Assembly (NCBI GenBank): GCA_046597055.1
Contig: JBKJLC010000123.1
Coordinates: 8,502 to 72,501, forward strand
Length of the DNA stretch: 64,000 nt
From: Kofleriaceae bacterium
Lineage (GTDB): Bacteria > Myxococcota_A > Polyangia > Haliangiales > Haliangiaceae
Direction of reading: 5' to 3'
Positions 58,459 through 64,000 of this stretch are shown one piece after another (position 1 is the first letter of the stretch; each line of letters begins with the position of its first letter). A program made the position numbers and the translations under genes. The notes under the pieces are model-generated. The model had not been told where the DNA came from, ran no database searches, and was given only the letters and a program-made list of their open reading frames with translations.

Positions 58459-58741
58459 CCGCGGTCGGCACGTCACCCGCGTGACGACGGCCGCGACCGG
58501 CACGCCCGCACCCACGCGCCGCGCGCGGCGCCGCTCCTGCTCGGGCACCCCAGTCACTCACTTACGATGAGGTCGATCGACGGCGGTCGGCGGCTCCCTC
58601 ACGGGCACCTCCCGGGGCGCAAACCCGCCTCACCCGCCGGCGGCGACCGCGGGGGCGCAAATTGCCCGTGGCGTCACCTCGCGCGGGCGAGCCGGCCAGC
58701 CCGGCCACGTCGCACGACCTGCCGCTGCGGGCGGCGTCGCC

Positions 58742-58850
58742 AGGAGACCGTACGCCATAGCTCCCCTGGCCCAGGCAGACCCCGCGCCTGACTCGTGACC
58801 CCGGACCCCGGCGTCATTGTTGACCGCTTCGCTCCGCTCGCTGGGGGCTA
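58742..58850 (-). repeat. Left arm of a 108-109 bp inverted repeat pair
   Basis: Reverse complement begins TAGCCCCCAGCGAGCGGAGCGAAGCGGTCAACAATGACG (39 nt identical to 59844-59882) and stays similar to ...ACGGTCTCCT. Confidence 0.9.
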
Positions 58851-59267
58851 CCGGGCGAACTTGGCGATGATGGTGCGCGCCTCGAGCGGCATCGCCTCGA
58901 ACAGGACACCGATGCCGGCCGGCAGCGCCACTGGCTCGCCCAGGGCATCGGGGATCTCACAGTCGGCGTCGCGCCGCCACAGCACCCACCCGACCGCGTC
59001 GAGCGGGCCGTAGCTCGGCAGATCGAAGCTCAGCTGGACGCGCGCCAGCAGCGGGAACGGCGCGCACGAGAGGAACGCGCCGTTGGTCGACAGGTCGCGC
59101 ACCGCGCCGGGCACCTTGGTGCCGACCGATGCCTCGTCGGGCGCGACCCGCTGGTACACCGATGCGACCGCGGGGTGCAGCGTCACTCGCGGCTGGCCGA
59201 TCGACTCGACAAGCGCCGGATAGTTGACGGCGACGCGACGGGCGCGGCGGTGCTCGCGGGAGGTCAT
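58848..59267 (-). CDS. Stand-alone PilZ domain protein
   Basis: RxxxR (RRARR) and DxSxxG (DLSTNG) motifs; GWVLW and GIGVLF strands. Confidence 0.75.
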   Translation of the reverse strand: MTSREHRRARRVAVNYPALVESIGQPRVTLHPAVASVYQRVAPDEASVGTKVPGAVRDLSTNGAFLSCAPFPLLARVQLSFDLPSYGPLDAVGWVLWRRDADCEIPDALGEPVALPAGIGVLFEAMPLEARTIIAKFAR

Positions 59268-59333
59268 GGCCGGCCAGCATACCGCGGACGCTGGGCGGTT
59301 TGTCCGACGGCGTCGGTGGGGCCATGATGGGGC

Positions 59334-59846
59334 ATGTCCACGCCGTCGCGCTTTCGCTTCCGACCTCGCTACCGCGCGCTCGCGATGGGCTCGATCGCGC
59401 TCGGGGTCGCCGCGGCGATCGGCGGGCTGATCGGTGCCGCCAGCGGCGCGACCGCGATGATCATCGCCGGGTTGGGCGCCGCCGCGCTCGGGACCGTGTA
59501 CCTGGCGTCGCCGGCGTGGCGCCTGGTGGTGGTCGTCGACGACGAGGCGCTCGCGGTGGTGTCGGGCGGCGACCGACGGTTCCGCCTGACCTGGGACGAG
59601 GTCGTGCGGGTGGTCGCCTCGCCGTCGACCGCGACCTGCTTCGTCGATGGCGGCACGCCCGCGCGCAGCCTGCTGGTTCCGGGCGTCGGTGCCCCGGCGC
59701 CCTACGACATCGAGGACCGGGCGGCCCTGGTCGCGATCATCCTGGCCCGGACCCCCGCCGATCGGGTCCACACCGTCGACCTGCTCGAGCGCGCGAGCGG
59801 CGCCGCGGCCCCGGCGGCCCCGACCGGTCCGACGGCCCAGCAATAG
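59334..59846 (+). CDS. Hypothetical membrane protein (two TM plus PH-like region)
   Basis: Two TM helices followed by LVVVVDDEAL...LTWDEV, as in bacterial PH-like membrane proteins. Confidence 0.65.
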   Translation: MSTPSRFRFRPRYRALAMGSIALGVAAAIGGLIGAASGATAMIIAGLGAAALGTVYLASPAWRLVVVVDDEALAVVSGGDRRFRLTWDEVVRVVASPSTATCFVDGGTPARSLLVPGVGAPAPYDIEDRAALVAIILARTPADRVHTVDLLERASGAAAPAAPTGPTAQQ

Positions 59847-59951
59847 CCCCCAGCGAGCGGAGCGAAGCGGTCAACAATGACGGCGGGGCCCGGGTCGCGA
59901 GTCGGGTGCGAGCGCTGCCTTCTGCAGGAGAGCGATGGAGGACGGTCTCCT
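59844..59951 (+). repeat. Right arm of the inverted repeat pair
   Basis: TAGCCCCCAGCGAGCGGAGCGAAGCGGTCAACAATGACG...GAGAGCGATGGAGGACGGTCTCCT. Confidence 0.9.
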
Positions 59952-59970
59952 ACGTGCTAAGCCGTCGTCC

Positions 59971-60996
59971 GTGACGCTCCTGTTCCCGTCCCGCACGATC
60001 ACGGTCGACGCCGCCGTCCGCGACCTCCAGGCCGGCACGCTGCGCGCGCGGGTCGCCGCGGCCCAGGTGCTCGGCGACGTCGGCCCGGCCGATCGCGATC
60101 GCGCGCGAACCGCCCTGTCCGCCGCGCTCGACGACGACGCGGCCGAGGTCCGCGCCGAGGCCGCAAGCTCGCTGGGCGCGCTCGACGCCGACGACCTCGG
60201 CGCGGCCGACCCGGCGACCGTGGCCGCGCTGGTGCGCCGGCTCGACGACGGCGCCCCCGGGGTCCGCCAGGCCGCCGCGATCGCGCTCGGCACCCTGCGC
60301 GCCCCCGGCGGGTTCGCCCCGCTCGCCACCGCCCTGCGCGAAGGCGCGGCCGACCTGCGGTTCCAGGCCGCGACCTCGCTGTGCGAGATCGATCCGATCG
60401 CGGCCTTCGAGCCGCTGGTGGCGGCGCTCGACGACCGCGACCCGCTCGTGGTCGGCGCGGTCGCGCTGGCGCTGGGCGCCACCAGCGATCCGCGCGCGGC
60501 CGGCCACCTCGCGCGGCTGATCGACCGCGGCGAGCCCGGGATCCGCTTCGACGCCGCGTACGCCCTGGCCCAGCTCGGCGACCGGCGGGGCCAGGACGTG
60601 CTCGCGGCCGCGCTGACCGACGCCGAGCGCGACTGGGACGCCGCGTGCGCGCTGGCCGAGCTCGGCGATCCCGCCGCGGCCGACGCGCTCGCCGGCGTGA
60701 TCGAGCGCCGCGGGACCACCCCGCAGGTCCAGGCCAAGGCGGCCGCCACCGTGATCGCGCTCGATCCCGCCGGGCCCCACGCCGCGCGCGCCCGCGCCTA
60801 CCTGCTCGCCTCGCTCGACAACCGCCGCCTGCCGGTCCGCGGCGTCGCGGTCGAGGAGCTGGCCCGGGTCGGCGGCGCCTGGGCGATCACGCCGCTCGAG
60901 CAGCTGGCCGGACGGCGGCGCGGTCGAGATCTCCGGGACGAGATCGCCAGCGCGGTCGCGGCGATCCGCGCTCGTGATACCTCGGGGCCGGCATGA
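59971..60996 (+). CDS. HEAT repeat protein
   Basis: Repeated LDD..VR.AA..LG units; stop overlaps the tatD start. The GTG at 59971 is preferred because the ATG at 59935 lies inside the repeat. Confidence 0.85.
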   Translation: MTLLFPSRTITVDAAVRDLQAGTLRARVAAAQVLGDVGPADRDRARTALSAALDDDAAEVRAEAASSLGALDADDLGAADPATVAALVRRLDDGAPGVRQAAAIALGTLRAPGGFAPLATALREGAADLRFQAATSLCEIDPIAAFEPLVAALDDRDPLVVGAVALALGATSDPRAAGHLARLIDRGEPGIRFDAAYALAQLGDRRGQDVLAAALTDAERDWDAACALAELGDPAAADALAGVIERRGTTPQVQAKAAATVIALDPAGPHAARARAYLLASLDNRRLPVRGVAVEELARVGGAWAITPLEQLAGRRRGRDLRDEIASAVAAIRARDTSGPA

Positions 60997-61856
60997 CCGC
61001 CGCGCCCGCCGCACCCACGCTCGAGCTCACCGACAGCCACGCCCACGTCGATGGACCCGAGTTCGACGCCGACCGCGCCGAGGTGCTGGCCCGCGCCCGA
61101 GCCGCCGGCGTGCGCCGGATGGTCGTGATCGGCGCCGTCGGCGAGCCGTCCAGCGCCGAGCGCGCCGTGGCGATGGCCGAGGGGGATCCCGACGTGTTCG
61201 CCACCGTCGCCACCCACCCGCACGACGCCGACAAGATGACCGACGCCTGGTGGGCCGTGCACGAGCGGCTGGCGCCGCATCCGCGCGTGGTCGCGATCGG
61301 CGAGACCGGCCTCGACTTCTATTACGACCACTCCGATCGCGCGGTGCAGGCCGCCGCGTTCCGCCGCTTCGTCGCGCTCGCGCGCGCGGTCGGCAAGCCG
61401 GTCGTCTGCCACATCCGCGACGCCCACGCCGAGGCCCAGGCGATCCTGGCCGAGACCGGCGCGGCCGAGGTCGGCGGCGTGATCCACTGCTTCACCGGCA
61501 CGCCCGAGGACGCGGCGGCCTACGTCGCGCTCGGCTTCTACGTCTCGTTCTCCGGGATCGTCACCTACAAGACCGCCCAGCCGATCCGCGACGCGGTCCG
61601 GCGGGTGCCGCTCGACCGCATCCTCGTCGAGACCGACTGCCCGTATCTCGCCCCGGTGCCCATGCGCGGCCGGCGCAACGAGCCGGCCTTCGTCGTGCAT
61701 ACGGCGGCCGCCGTGGCGCGCGAGGCCGGGGTGTCGATCGAGGAGCTCGCCCACGCCACCGTCGCCAACACGGCGAGAGTGTTCAGGTTTCCTGCTGACG
61801 GCGACCGCGCGCCGGCAGCCACCACGACCGTGACCGGCGCCGGCACGGACGGTTGA
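60993..61856 (+). CDS. tatD: TatD family DNase
   Basis: DSHAH, HPHD, AIGETGLDFYY, HIRDAH, IHCFTG, LVETDCPYLAP, RNEP. Confidence 0.95.
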   Translation: MTAAPAAPTLELTDSHAHVDGPEFDADRAEVLARARAAGVRRMVVIGAVGEPSSAERAVAMAEGDPDVFATVATHPHDADKMTDAWWAVHERLAPHPRVVAIGETGLDFYYDHSDRAVQAAAFRRFVALARAVGKPVVCHIRDAHAEAQAILAETGAAEVGGVIHCFTGTPEDAAAYVALGFYVSFSGIVTYKTAQPIRDAVRRVPLDRILVETDCPYLAPVPMRGRRNEPAFVVHTAAAVAREAGVSIEELAHATVANTARVFRFPADGDRAPAATTTVTGAGTDG

Positions 61857-61881
61857 CTTCGTCAACCGGCACCGGTATACA
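61853..61881 (+). promoter_or_regulatory. Sigma-70-type promoter of rplC
   Basis: TTGACT-17 nt-TATACA; Shine-Dalgarno AGGAGA at about 61893. Confidence 0.7.
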
Positions 61882-61905
61882 CGCGGACCCTCAGGAGAGA
61901 CGTCC

Positions 61906-62643
61906 ATGGCTACTCGCATCGGCCTGCTCGGCAAGAAGCTCGGTATGACTCAGGTGTTCGCCGACGACGGCGAGCGAGTCCCCGTCACGGTGATCCAGAC
62001 CGGCCCCAACGTGGTGGTCGGCAAGCGCACGGCGGACAAGGACGGCTACTCCGCCTTGATGATCGGCTTCGGAGAGAAGCCGCTCCGCCTCGCCAACAAG
62101 CCGGAGAACGGCCTCGCCAAGGCGACCAACACCAAGCCGGTGCGGGTCATTCGCGAGTTCCGCCTCCCGGTGGCCGAGGTCGACAAGTTCGAGGTCGGTC
62201 AGGCGATCACCGCCAAGGACCTGTTCTCGGGCGCCGACGTCGTCATCGACGTCGAGGGCGAGAGCAAGGGTAAGGGCTTTCAGGGTGTCATCAAGAAGCA
62301 CCACATGAAGGGCATGACCCAGACCCACGGCACCCACGAGTACTACCGCCACGGTGGCTCGATCGGATGCCGCCTGACCCCGCAGCGCGTCCACAAGGGC
62401 AAGCGCATGGCCGGTCAGATGGGTAACGAGACCAAGACGGTCCAGAACCTCCAGCTGTTCCGCATCATGGAGGAGGACAACTGCATCCTCGTCCGTGGCG
62501 CCGTCCCTGGTGGCAAGAACGGCGTCGTCGTCGTGACCATGGCCGCGACCCGCACGACGTACAAGCGCAAGGGCATGGGCAAGGAAGAGGTTCGCTCGAA
62601 GAACCCCCTCAAGGCCTCGAAGAAGGCTGCCGCGGGTCGCTGA
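61906..62643 (+). CDS. rplC: 50S ribosomal protein L3
   Basis: GLLGKKLGMTQVF, VPVTVI, SKGKGFQGVIKKH, HGGSIG, KGKRMAGQMG, VRGAVPG; highly biased codon usage. Confidence 0.97.
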   Translation: MATRIGLLGKKLGMTQVFADDGERVPVTVIQTGPNVVVGKRTADKDGYSALMIGFGEKPLRLANKPENGLAKATNTKPVRVIREFRLPVAEVDKFEVGQAITAKDLFSGADVVIDVEGESKGKGFQGVIKKHHMKGMTQTHGTHEYYRHGGSIGCRLTPQRVHKGKRMAGQMGNETKTVQNLQLFRIMEEDNCILVRGAVPGGKNGVVVVTMAATRTTYKRKGMGKEEVRSKNPLKASKKAAAGR

Positions 62644-62670
62644 CCGAGCGGAACCAGCACCACGCACCCG

Positions 62671-62710
62671 ACCGCCGGCGCTCATTGCAGCGACCGGCGG
62701 TTTCGATTTT
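62671..62710 (+). terminator. Intrinsic terminator after rplC
   Basis: ACCGCCGGCGCT-CATTGC-AGCGACCGGCGGT followed by TTCGATTTT. Confidence 0.6.
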
Positions 62711-62739
62711 CGGGCCTCACCACCTCTCGGGATACGACC

Positions 62740-63365
<626 letters not shown>

Positions 63366-63369
<4 letters not shown>

Positions 63370-63998
63370 CCGGCGTCCTGCGCCTCCACATCGAGCCGTG
63401 GGGCACACCCTCGGTGCGCAAGGTTGCCAAGGTGGTCGAGCTCCTCGAAGCTGGTGGGGTCGCGGCCTACCCGACCGACTCGGTCTACGCGCTCGGCTGC
63501 GCCATCGACGCGCGCGATGCGATCGAGCGCATCTATCGCGCCAAGGGCATGAAGAAGAACCAGCGGCTGGCGCTGATCTGCCCCGACCTGTCGAGCGCGT
63601 CGAAGTACGCCCACTTCAACCAGACCGCGTTCCGGCTGGCCCAGCGCATCTTCCCCGGCCCCTATACACTGGTGGTGCCGGCCTCGCGCGAGGTGCCCAA
63701 GACGCTCACCGACGCCAAGCGCCGGACCGTCGGCATCCGCATCACCGCCAACCCGATCGCCCAGGCGATCGTGACCGCGCTCGGCCGCCCGCTCCTCACC
63801 ACCAGCGCGATCTCGCCCGAGACCGGCGAGCCGTGCCGCGACGTCGACGAGATCATGGACGCCTTCGCCCAGCACATCGACGTGGTGGTCGAGGCGACCA
63901 CCACCGAGGACACCCCCTCGACCGTGCTCGAGGTCGACGGCGACCAGATCGTCCTGGTCCGCCAGGGCCTGGGCTCGGTCGACGGCCTCCTCGACTGA
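63366..63998 (+). CDS. Sua5/YciO/YrdC family protein (YciO-like)
   Basis: [47 protein letters not shown] overlap with rlmE. Confidence 0.9.
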
Positions 63999-64000
63999 CC

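Noticed and set aside
58600..58670. GCAAACCCGC...GCGGGGGCGCAAA resembling a c-di-GMP-I riboswitch near the PilZ gene
   Set aside because: No GNRA tetraloop or second stem, and no downstream gene in the sense orientation. An Rfam scan would settle it.
59844..59951. Repeat after TAG as a stop-codon readthrough (PYLIS-like) signal adding a shared C-terminal peptide
   Set aside because: An indel between the two arms shifts the frame after about 16 codons, and no recoding machinery is seen in the window.

Overview
Very GC-rich bacterial DNA. The gene content (TPR Ser/Thr kinase, many lipoproteins, HEAT/FGE/PilZ proteins, deltaproteobacterial-type operons) suggests Myxococcota, which is an inference. 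Most of the window is core genome: rimP-nusA-ylxR-infB-DUF503-rbfA-[diheme cytochrome c]-truB-rpsO-pnp-dut on the minus strand; queA-tgt-yajC-secD-secF-[lipoprotein]-recJ on the minus strand; holB-ricT-metG...tatD on the plus strand; and a stand-alone rplC followed by rlmE and a Sua5/YciO gene. The most notable observations are: (1) a lipoprotein homologous to the oomycete GP42 transglutaminase, carrying a near-identical Pep-13 plant-elicitor motif and a PPC domain inserted into its catalytic domain; (2) a pair of about 110-bp inverted repeats, each starting exactly at the TAG stop of two divergent genes (PilZ and a membrane protein), bounding a cassette inside the metG-tatD region; (3) a dispersed REP-like palindrome family whose variable inner hairpin always has a C-GNA-G triloop, with one copy in frame inside the ricT ORF; (4) a decayed ABC exporter / sigma-54 two-component locus broken by internal deletions; (5) widespread leaderless-type promoter geometry for both sigma-70 and sigma-54. 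No rRNA, tRNA, CRISPR array, transposase or integrase was recognised. All calls are by-eye motif recognition; no database searches were run.
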